A DNA stretch of 64,000 bases from an uncultured delta proteobacterium (GTDB taxonomy: Bacteria > Myxococcota_A > Polyangia > Polyangiales > Polyangiaceae), in contig CAWDXG010000004.1 in NCBI GenBank assembly GCA_963806225.1, forward strand, positions 3,136,001 through 3,200,000, in the 5' to 3' direction. Positions within the stretch are counted from its first letter, which is position 1. Every line of letters begins with the position of its first letter. The position numbers were made by a program, and so were the translations under genes. Shown in pieces: positions 20,070 to 29,519 of the stretch. The notes under the pieces were generated by a model. It ran no database searches. It saw only the letters and a list, made by a program, of their open reading frames with translations, and was not told the origin of the DNA.

Positions 20070-20150
20070 GCCCCCGCTGCTCCCCCTGCACGTCCGCGCA
20101 GGGCGCCGGACTTGTGCCCTGCCGAGCCGGAACGTGTAGGCTTATGTCGT

Positions 20151-21950
20151 ATGTCCTTCACCGTGGTCTGCAACGCGTGCGGCGCGCGCTTTGCGCTACC
20201 GGACGACCTGTACCAGCGCAAGTTCAAGGACCGCCTGGTGACGGTCCGCTGCAAGCACTGCGGCGCGAACATCAGCGTCGACGGCGTCGAGCTCGCCTCG
20301 GGGCCTCGGCACGAGATCCCCGTGGCCGTCCGGGAGAGCGCCGACGCGCCCGCGATCGAGCACGTGCCGGTCGATATGACTCCGACGGTTCCGCTCGCGG
20401 AAGCGTCCACCGAATGGACGGTCAGCTTCAGCCACGAGGATGATCGCGAGCTCGACCGTGACCAGATCGCGCGCGCGCTGGAGCTCGGCGAAATCAGCGC
20501 GGAGACCATCGTCTGGCGCGAGGGCATGGAAGACTGGTTGCCGATCGGACAGGTTGCAGCGCTCGCCGACCTTCTGCCGCAGAAGGCCGATGCGACCGGA
20601 GGGTTCCTCGGGACCGGGATGCAGCTCGACGCGGACGGCGGCACGCTGAAGAAGAAGCGTTCTCCGCCGCCGCACCCCGCCAAGCGCCGCTCGTCGAGGC
20701 CACCGCCCCCCGTGCGGGCGCCTTCGCTGGGTGCGCTCGCCCAGGGAAAGACGGCCGGCAAGGCGCGCGCGCTGTCACCCGGCACCCTGCTTGTCGACAA
20801 GAAGCCGAAACCGGCCGCACCGGCCTCGAGCGACGCCGAGCCCGAGTCGATCGAGCCCGAGTCGATCGACGCCCAGCCTGCACCGGTCGCGGACAAGCCG
20901 GGAAAGAAGCTGCCGACCGCTCCCAAGCCACCCGTCCCGGCGTGGAAGGCCAACCTGAAGAAGGCCCCCAAAGGCTCCGACGAGGAGCCCCCCAGCTCGG
21001 GGACGCCTGCGCTGCGCGATCTGATGACCGCGAGCAATCCGCCCGACGCCAAGCCAGGCCACAAGGACAGGGATGTCTTCGGGCTTGCCGAGGACGCCGG
21101 CTCATTGCTCGCACCCCCCGCTTTCGATCTCACTCCGCCGACGATTGACGTCGAATCGCCCGCGCCGCCCGCCGCCGCGGAGGACGCCATCGAAGTCGAG
21201 CTCGAAAGCGAGCCGGCGCCGGAGCCGGGCGTGGCCCAAGCCAGGCAGCGCACGAGCAACGACTCGGCGCGGACGGTTGCCGGGCTGTTGCTGATCGGAG
21301 GGGCGACGGCCTTCAGCGTCTGGTGGTTCGGGTTCAGGGCCGCCGGGACTGCGTCGACCCGGTCGACCACCGCGAGCGCCGTGGTCGAAACCTCGACACC
21401 TCCCGCAGCTTCGCACGCGGCTCCGGAGAACACACAAGCCGCAGAGCCGACGGAGTCCGCCGAGCCGTCCGCGACCGGCGCGCCCACAAGCACGACGCAG
21501 CCGAATGCCACAGCCGCCCCGACCGCCACCGGGCCGCTTCACGCTGCGTCGAATCCCGGAACGCCAACGGCGGAGCGGCACACCAGCGAGAGCGCCCACA
21601 CAAAAGCTCCGCCATCGACGGCCCCGGAACCCAGCGCGCCGACTGCCCCCACCCCTTCCACGAAGCCGGAAAAGGCTCTCGGGCCTTTCAACAAGAGCGC
21701 GGCGATCGCGGCGCTGAACTCCGCCGCCGCAGCGGCATCCGCGTGCCGCAAGGACGGCGACCCGTCGGGGATGGCGCACGTCGTGATCACCTTCGCACCG
21801 TCCGGACGCGTCACCACGGCCCAGGTCAACGGTCCGCCCTTTGCGGGGACCCCGACGGGCGGCTGCATTGCCGGTCGCATGCGCGGCGCGCGCGTTCCCG
21901 CGTTCAACGGCGACTTCGTCACCGTGAGCAAGACGGTCATCATCCACTAG
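20151..21950 (+). CDS. zinc-ribbon + GYF_2 + TM + TonB-C-like protein (GltJ/AgmX-like architecture)
   Basis: CNAC..CKHC zinc ribbon; ETIVWREGMEDWLPI (GYF_2); long Pro-rich linker; TM; C-terminal ACRK..VVITFAPSGRVTTA..GCI..VPAF. Confidence 0.8.
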   Translation: MSFTVVCNACGARFALPDDLYQRKFKDRLVTVRCKHCGANISVDGVELASGPRHEIPVAVRESADAPAIEHVPVDMTPTVPLAEASTEWTVSFSHEDDRELDRDQIARALELGEISAETIVWREGMEDWLPIGQVAALADLLPQKADATGGFLGTGMQLDADGGTLKKKRSPPPHPAKRRSSRPPPPVRAPSLGALAQGKTAGKARALSPGTLLVDKKPKPAAPASSDAEPESIEPESIDAQPAPVADKPGKKLPTAPKPPVPAWKANLKKAPKGSDEEPPSSGTPALRDLMTASNPPDAKPGHKDRDVFGLAEDAGSLLAPPAFDLTPPTIDVESPAPPAAAEDAIEVELESEPAPEPGVAQARQRTSNDSARTVAGLLLIGGATAFSVWWFGFRAAGTASTRSTTASAVVETSTPPAASHAAPENTQAAEPTESAEPSATGAPTSTTQPNATAAPTATGPLHAASNPGTPTAERHTSESAHTKAPPSTAPEPSAPTAPTPSTKPEKALGPFNKSAAIAALNSAAAAASACRKDGDPSGMAHVVITFAPSGRVTTAQVNGPPFAGTPTGGCIAGRMRGARVPAFNGDFVTVSKTVIIH

Positions 21951-21962
21951 ATCGACACCGAC

Positions 21963-22481
21963 ATGCCGCCCGCCATCAGCGTCCGCCGCGCCGGACCCGA
22001 CGACGCCGATGCGATCCACCGCTTTGTCTGCGAGCTAGCGCGCTACGAACGGGAGCCCGATGCGGTCGAGGCGACACCGGCGTCGCTTCGCGCAGACCTC
22101 GAAGCCGACACTCCTCCGTTCGAGTGTCTGATCGCGGAGCTCGACGCCGAGCCTGTCGGCTTCGCGCTCTTCTTCCACAACTATTCCACGTGGCGCGGAA
22201 GGCGGGGCCTCTACCTCGAGGATCTGTTCGTGAGCGAACGCCATCGCGGCTCTGGCGCCGGACGCGCGCTGCTCTCGGCGCTCGCGCGGCTCGCCATGGA
22301 ACGAGGCTGTGCCCGCATGGAGTGGGCGGTGCTCGACTGGAACCAGCCCGCCATCGATTTCTACCGTTCGCTCGGCGCCGAGCCGCTCGGCGACTGGACG
22401 CTGTTCCGGCTTGCCGGTCCCGCGCTGGAACGCGTCGCGGGCTCGGCCCGCAGCCCGGACAGCGACGCAGAACCTGAATAA
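21963..22481 (+). CDS. GNAT acetyltransferase (SSAT-like)
   Basis: ELARYE, YSTWRG, LYLEDLFV, RGSGAG, WAVLDWNQPAIDFY. Confidence 0.92.
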   Translation: MPPAISVRRAGPDDADAIHRFVCELARYEREPDAVEATPASLRADLEADTPPFECLIAELDAEPVGFALFFHNYSTWRGRRGLYLEDLFVSERHRGSGAGRALLSALARLAMERGCARMEWAVLDWNQPAIDFYRSLGAEPLGDWTLFRLAGPALERVAGSARSPDSDAEPE

Positions 22482-22578
22482 CTCCAATCGGTTAGGACCT
22501 GTTGTCGTTCGCTGCTGCGCGCCGACTGCGCTGTGATAGTTTTCACGCGAAACATTTTCCCCGACGGAGGTCACGCCC

Positions 22579-23811
<1,233 letters not shown>

Positions 23812-23887
23812 GCGCGCCGCCCGGGAAAAGGTCCGTCCGCCCCAGCGGCTTGCGCGCCGCCGGGGCGGACTTATCTTGAAGAGGTCA

Positions 23888-24167
23888 ATGCGTCGACAAG
23901 CCTCACCCCAGCCCGTCCCCGCGCGCCGTCGTTCGCTGCCGGTCGTCGGCAGCACCGTCGGCGGCGTGGCGTTTCTTCAAGGACCGCAAGGCATCGCTGT
24001 TCGTGAAGATCCTGTTCCTGCTCGCGCTGGCCTACGTGGTCATGCCGGTGGACGCCGTGCCGGACGTGATTCCCGTCGTCGGCTGGCTCGACGATCTCGG
24101 CGTGGTTGCCATCGCCAGCGCGTTCCTGTGGCGCGCGATCGAACCGTACCGCTACATCGACGCCTGA
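23888..24167 (+). CDS. YkvA/DUF1232 small membrane protein (apparent frameshift near 23963; absent from the ORF track)
   Basis: Frame after 23963 reads AWRFFKDRKASLFVKILFLLALAYVVMPVDAVPDVIPVVGWLDDLGVV..., ending at TGA 24165-24167. Confidence 0.85.
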
Positions 24168-25262
24168 TCAGGGGCAGCCCACCGGGGCGATCGACACGTC
24201 GTCGATGTACCAGCCTCCGGTGTTCGGGTGGCAAAACGGGTCGATGTCGTAGCTCGCGAAGCGGAAGCGGACCTTGAAGCCCGCCACCGCGTAGCTCGAG
24301 ATGTCCGCCTCCGCGTACTGCCAGGAACCGTTGGTCGCGGTTCCGAAGCCGTTCTGGCCGTCGATGGCGCAGGGCTGGCACGTGGGGCCCGCGTCGGCGC
24401 TGGTCGAGTAGCATTCGATCTTCGTGCCGTTGTAGCCCGACGTCGGCGTGACCTTGTGCCACTGCGAGCCGTCGTACACCTCGACGAGTCCGCCGGAGTA
24501 CTGCGACTTGTCGAGCGTGCACACCAGGCCGCACAGCCCGCCCGAATTGCACGTGCGGAACGCGTGCCAGTGCCAGAACCTGACCCGTAGCGCCTGCCCC
24601 GAGTACGCGCTCAGATCGACAGCCGGGGACTCGAGATACGAGTCCTCGCAGGTGTTGGCCTTGCCCGACAGGTTCGTCGCCCACAGCTGGCCGCCGCCAT
24701 CGTGATCGCCGCCCGGACCCGAGCTCGGCACACCGCAGCTCCAGTCGTCGTTCGTGCCGCTGTGCGACCATCCGCCGGCGCAGCTGGTAAAGTCGAACGA
24801 TTGGATCGCGCAGCTTCCGCCCGTGCCGCCGCTGCCGCCCGTGGCCGTGCCGCCGCTGCCGCCCGTGGCCGTGCCGCCGCTGCCGCCCGTGGCCGTGCCG
24901 CCGCTGCCGCCCGTAGCTGTGCCGCCGCTACCGCCCGTAGCTGTGCCGCCCGTACCCCCGGTGCCTGCCGCCCCGCCGACCCCGCCGGCGGAGCCGCCCG
25001 CAGCGCCGCTTCCACCAGGACCACTACCCCCCGTTGCTTTTCCGCCGGCACCGCCGGCCGTGCTTCCCGATGTTCCGCCGGCCGCGCTGGCATCCGCGCC
25101 ACCGTTGCCACCGTTGCCACCGTTGCCATCGCCACCGGGAACCAGGCCCTGGCTCTTGGCGCACGACGACGCCACGACACCAGCTCCCAGAAGCAGTGCG
25201 AAGAAGCTGAAGTACCGGCGGGAAGACCGCCCCCCGGAAGAAGCCCCGAAGCGTCCGAGCAC
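24168..25262 (-). CDS. lipoprotein with Gly/Thr-rich repeat linker and C-terminal MAM/immune-inhibitor-A-like beta-sandwich
   Basis: Signal ending ASSC; GGTATGGS repeats; L.SP.VDLS, FWHW, W....ADISSY, VRFRF, GWYIDDVSI. Confidence 0.75.
   Translation of the reverse strand: MLGRFGASSGGRSSRRYFSFFALLLGAGVVASSCAKSQGLVPGGDGNGGNGGNGGADASAAGGTSGSTAGGAGGKATGGSGPGGSGAAGGSAGGVGGAAGTGGTGGTATGGSGGTATGGSGGTATGGSGGTATGGSGGTATGGSGGTGGSCAIQSFDFTSCAGGWSHSGTNDDWSCGVPSSGPGGDHDGGGQLWATNLSGKANTCEDSYLESPAVDLSAYSGQALRVRFWHWHAFRTCNSGGLCGLVCTLDKSQYSGGLVEVYDGSQWHKVTPTSGYNGTKIECYSTSADAGPTCQPCAIDGQNGFGTATNGSWQYAEADISSYAVAGFKVRFRFASYDIDPFCHPNTGGWYIDDVSIAPVGCP
24823..24950. repeat. 24-bp coding tandem repeat, about 5.3 copies (GGSGGTAT)
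   Basis: Unit GTGCCGCCGCTGCCGCCCGTGGCC repeated; the last two copies carry minor substitutions. Confidence 0.9.
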
Positions 25263-25344
25263 GCGGGCAGACTAGCTGGTGCTTGTGCACCGCGCCATAC
25301 GAAGCGGGAAGCACTCCGAAGCTCTGGACGACACGCGCCTACAT

Positions 25345-25363
25345 CCGAGCACACGGTGCTCGG
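25345..25363 (-). terminator. hairpin just downstream of the second HzsA-like gene
   Basis: CCGAGCAC-acg-GTGCTCGG, an 8-bp perfect stem 8 nt after the stop codon; no U-tract. Confidence 0.35.
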
Positions 25364-25371
25364 CGACGCGA

Positions 25372-28300
25372 TCAGGGGAACGGCGGACCGCGATCGGCGG
25401 CCTTCGCCTTCGTGACCATGTCAACCGGTGCCGCATTGCGCGCAGCGACCTTGGAGGCCTGGGTCAGGATGTCCGGGTTGATGGCCACGTGCGACTCCAG
25501 ACCCGACACCGCGCCGTGGCAGTTGCCGCACAGACCGTTGAAGAGCTTGTGCGGGAAGCCCTGACGCACGACCTCACCCGGATAGAACTGCATTTCCTCG
25601 CGCTGGAAGTGCTGTCGTGGGCGCGGAGTCGCCGCCAAGCTGGATGGTCGTGGAGAGCACGATGGGCATGCCACCCGGGATCTCGAAGCGGGTGGAGCCG
25701 TCGTCGAGGATGTCCATCGCTGCCGAGCGGGCGACGCCGCACGTACATCTTCCCGTATTGATCCTGGGCCAGGAAGCTGCCGCTCTGATCCACGCTCTTG
25801 ATGCCCTTCGCGGGCGGTAGATCCTCCCACACCTGCACGCTGGGTGGTGTCGGGCGGCATCAGACGACCGGAGCGCGTGTTCTGGAACACAAGGCTCGCG
25901 AGCAGCGGCATGTCGAGAACGGTGATCTCCGAACGGTCCTTGCGATCTGGAGTCGTGTACACGTGGGTCGCGCCGTTCGGCTCGTCGAGCTTGGACTGGT
26001 AGACGCCGTGGGGGTTGTAGTGCGCGTACACGGCGACCGGCCAGATCAGGTCGTCCGCGTCGCTGATGAGAGGCGTCCGCTGACCGGTGTGCGGGTCGAT
26101 CGAGAAGATGTCGAAGTTGCCCTTGAAGTTGGCAAGGTCCTTCACGTTCGCGGCGTAGCTCACCAGGATCTGCGCATTGGGCAGCGGCGAAGGATCACGG
26201 TACGCGCCCTGCGTCTTGTCGAGCTTGCCGGTCGCCGCGGGGTCCAGCAGCGACATGGAGTGCTGGTAGAAGCTCGGGTTCGGGTAGTCGACCGCGGTCG
26301 GATCCTGCAGGTAGTCCTTGGGATTGTCGCTGTGCTGGTCGATACCGACGCTGCGATTGACGAGTGCGAGCGCGCCGGCCGAGTGCTCGGCGCCCTTTTC
26401 ACTGACGATCGCCGCGAAGTCCTTGTTGGACAGCTCGACGACGTTCATCAGCTGGTTGTAGCCGATGGTGTCGCGCTGTCCGAACAGCGGATGGTAGTCG
26501 CCGCCGTCGAGGTTCTCGCGCCGACCTGCAAGCTGGTAGAAGCCGGGAGCGCGCTTTTCGGTAGTGAAGATGAGGCGGCCGTCGTTCATGAACGACGGAG
26601 CCAGCTCCTGGTTCAGGAGGAAGGTCAGCTGGCGGATCTTCCCGTTGTCGACGACGTACAGATTGGCGTTGGGCTTCGACGGGTCGGCGGGGCTTCGCTG
26701 CGGACCCTGGTAGTCGAATACGCCGGTGTTCATGATGTTCCCGCGCGTGGACGCGAACACCATGCGACCGTCCGGCGCGAAGGCGGGATCGAAGTTGTGG
26801 ATGACTTCGCCGTTGGTCGGCAGGGGCTTGCCGGTGGTCGTCCTTCGGCGCCGCGTTGACGAGCGGATCGGGCGCGCAGCTCGTCCCGTCGATCACGTAG
26901 ATCTTCAGCCCCTCGCTCGCCGAGGAGCGCGCGGCGAACGCGATCTTCTTGCCGTCCCAGCTCACCGCGGGGCGCCGCACATCCGCAGTCGACGGCGTTC
27001 AGCCCGCACATCGAGAGCAGGCTGGTGCCGGCGCCACCTACCTGCACCGCGCCGTGGGCATCCAGAGACGCCGGCGCGCGCATCAGATCCGCCCCCGGCT
27101 GATAGGTCGAGTAGTCCTGCGGCGTGTCCGGACCCGACGCGGGCGGCCGTTTCACGTAGACGATCCCGGAAAGCGGCGCTGCCGACGCCATGCGATCGGC
27201 ACGCTCCTTCTCGATCCAGGCCACGAGCACGCAGTACTCCGGCTGCTGATCGAGATCGCCGGTCGCTGCGGCATTCAGGTCGCACTGCGACGGGTCACCC
27301 CCCGAGGCCGAACAGGGGGCCGCCGCGATGGACCAGACCGCCCTCGGTAGGAGGCAGGTTCTTCTGGATGATGCGGCTGGCATTCGGGATCGGGCGAGTC
27401 GAGTGCGATCTGCTCGAGCGTCAGCTCGTAGTTGTGGCGCGTCGTCGCCACTCCGAAGTGCCCACCGCTGCCGCCTTGCAGGCGGTACTCGTGCCCCATC
27501 GCCGGCGAGTGACACCCGAGCTGCATGCAGCCGCGCTTGACGAGCATCGGCTGCACGCGCTTCGCGAAAAAGTCGAACCCCGCGTCCGTCGGCACGTGCA
27601 GCGGGCCGCCGCGCGCGTTGGCCCACTTGACGAGCGCCTTGTAGTCGGGGTCCGTGGGCGCGGTGAAGATGGTCCCGCCTTCGTGATACGCGCCGCCCTG
27701 TTCGGGAGCCAGAGCGCGTCTGCAGGATATCGCTCGCCGAAACGTCCTTGGAGACGTAGTCGCTGGCGGCAAAGTAGTTCCAGCGCTTCTGTTCAGGACT
27801 GGTGCCGCAGGTGAGGTAGAGCGAGTTGGACGGCGAGCCGTGGCAGTTGCCGTTCGCACAGCGCGTGCCGAGCACATTGTTCACCGACGCGACAAACTGG
27901 CCGTAGTCCTTGGTGGACGGGTCCTTGGTCGGATCGAACAGCTTGTCCGACCCCACCTTGGTGGTGCACGCCGAGAACGCCAACTTGGGGTGTATCAGCT
28001 GGGCGTTGTTGGCCTGCGCGCCGCGCTGGATCCAGCGCGAGAGGGTCGTAAACGAGCCACTCGTCAGGTCGAGCAGCGCGCGGCCGGAATGCGCGACGTC
28101 GGTCGTGATCTGCTGCGTCTTGCCGTCGTAGGACGACAGCGAGAGCTGGTACGGCTTCACGACCTTGAGCAGGAGCTCCGGCAGCCCGTAGGGCCCGTGG
28201 TTGATGAACAGATCGCGGCGCAGCGCGAGCGTGTTGTAGCTGGAGGTGTCGAGATTCCCGAGCGCATTGCCGTGGCTGTCGGCGCGCACGTGGCAGCTCG

Positions 28301-28463
28301 ACTTGGTCGGGCTCGTGGAGCACGACCCGGTGAGGATCGGACCGATATTGCGGTCGTAGAAGGTGGTCTTTCCTGCCGGCTGCCTCTGGCCGCAACCCAC
28401 CAGGAAAAGAGCTGCAAGCAACGTCGAAGCCGGCAGGAGCCGGCACGCTCCGTTCCAATTCAC
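25372..28463 (-). CDS. multiheme HzsA-like lipoprotein: three cytochrome c domains + TolB-like beta-propeller + HZS-alpha middle domain + CxxCH (about 8 apparent frameshifts)
   Basis: Stitched from several ORF fragments: lipobox LVGC; CSTSPTKSSCH, CANGNCH, CMQLGCH; RPAVSWDGKKIAF, FDPAFAPDGRMVFASTR, QLTF; DDGSTRFEIPGGMPI..MQFYPGE..CGNCH. Frameshifts near 27722, 27385, 27305, 26994, 26836, 25843, 25717 and 25620. Confidence 0.75.
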
Positions 28464-28561
28464 GACGGCGATCCTAGCATGGCCCGGCAAGACCGCCCGG
28501 GCGTTTCCCCTGGCCTACGACGCAGCATGCCGAGACAGAACCGGCTGACACCTTGCCCGCG

Positions 28562-29503
28562 CTAGAGACGCCTGAGAGCAATGGTGGCGGCGTCACGAAC
28601 GAGGCTGTTCGGGTCGTTCTGCGCGGCAGCGACGGCACTCCGGCCCGCGGAGTCTCCAATCTGGCCGAGAGCGGCGACCGCCGAGATACGCACGTCGGCA
28701 TCCGGCTCGTTGCCCGGATCGGCGAGCGCCGAGAGGCCGGCAACCGCGTCCACCGCGTGCATCGTGCCCAGCGCCTCGGCAGCGCCGCGCCTCACCAGCG
28801 GCGAGTCGTCGCTGATGAGCTTCACGACCGACGGAACCCCGGTGAACACGTTGACTCGCGTGGAAGCGTCCAGCGCCGCGAGACGCACGTTCACGTCGGG
28901 ATCCGACATGGCCTGCGCGATCTCGCTGTTCGGACCCTGGTTGTTCAGCCGCTTCAGCGCCTTGACCGAAGCCGTGCGCACCATCGCTGAAGGATCGTGG
29001 ATGGCCGCGTTGGCCACTACCGGCACGCCCGCTTCCGCGAGGAACTCACCGAGTGCCTGTGCAGCATAGGCGCGCTTCGACTCGGGCTGGCTCTGGTCCT
29101 GGAGCGTCTGGATCGTCCGCTGGTAGACCTGCCCCTTGCCGAACACGCCGAAGATGCGCCGCCGGAGCCACCAGGCGCTGATCTCGCGGTTCGTCGTGCT
29201 CGGGTCGTACAGGAGCTTGGCGACCATCGGGATGCAGTCGAGACACTCGACCCTCTCTGCGTGCTCGAGCGCCTGCCAGACCTGCGTGGGGGCAACGTTG
29301 CCCGAGGTGACGGCCTTGATGCGATCGACCGGGGTCACGTCTTCCAGCGACCCGGGGTCGAGGTCCTTGTAGACCCCGGCGCGGCCCGCGTAGATCGCTT
29401 GCGGCGACTCGGTCGACCCGTCGGCAAAGCCGGCGGCGGAAAAGAGCGTGGTAGCGCCCAGCACAAGCGCTCCGATGACGAGGTGACGATGGTTGGCTTT
29501 CAT
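28562..29503 (-). CDS. secreted HEAT-repeat (EZ-HEAT/PBS-lyase-like) protein with CxxC
   Basis: Signal peptide ending AGFA; ECLDCIP; repeats RAYAAQALGE, VRTASVKAL, VRRGAAEALG, VRISAVAALG, VRDAATIAL; SD AGGAG. Confidence 0.85.
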   Translation of the reverse strand: MKANHRHLVIGALVLGATTLFSAAGFADGSTESPQAIYAGRAGVYKDLDPGSLEDVTPVDRIKAVTSGNVAPTQVWQALEHAERVECLDCIPMVAKLLYDPSTTNREISAWWLRRRIFGVFGKGQVYQRTIQTLQDQSQPESKRAYAAQALGEFLAEAGVPVVANAAIHDPSAMVRTASVKALKRLNNQGPNSEIAQAMSDPDVNVRLAALDASTRVNVFTGVPSVVKLISDDSPLVRRGAAEALGTMHAVDAVAGLSALADPGNEPDADVRISAVAALGQIGDSAGRSAVAAAQNDPNSLVRDAATIALRRL

Positions 29504-29519
29504 GGCTCTTCTCCTGACC

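Noticed and set aside
24823..24950. CRISPR-like array
   Set aside because: Contiguous tandem repeats without spacers, in frame within a Gly-rich linker, and no cas genes.
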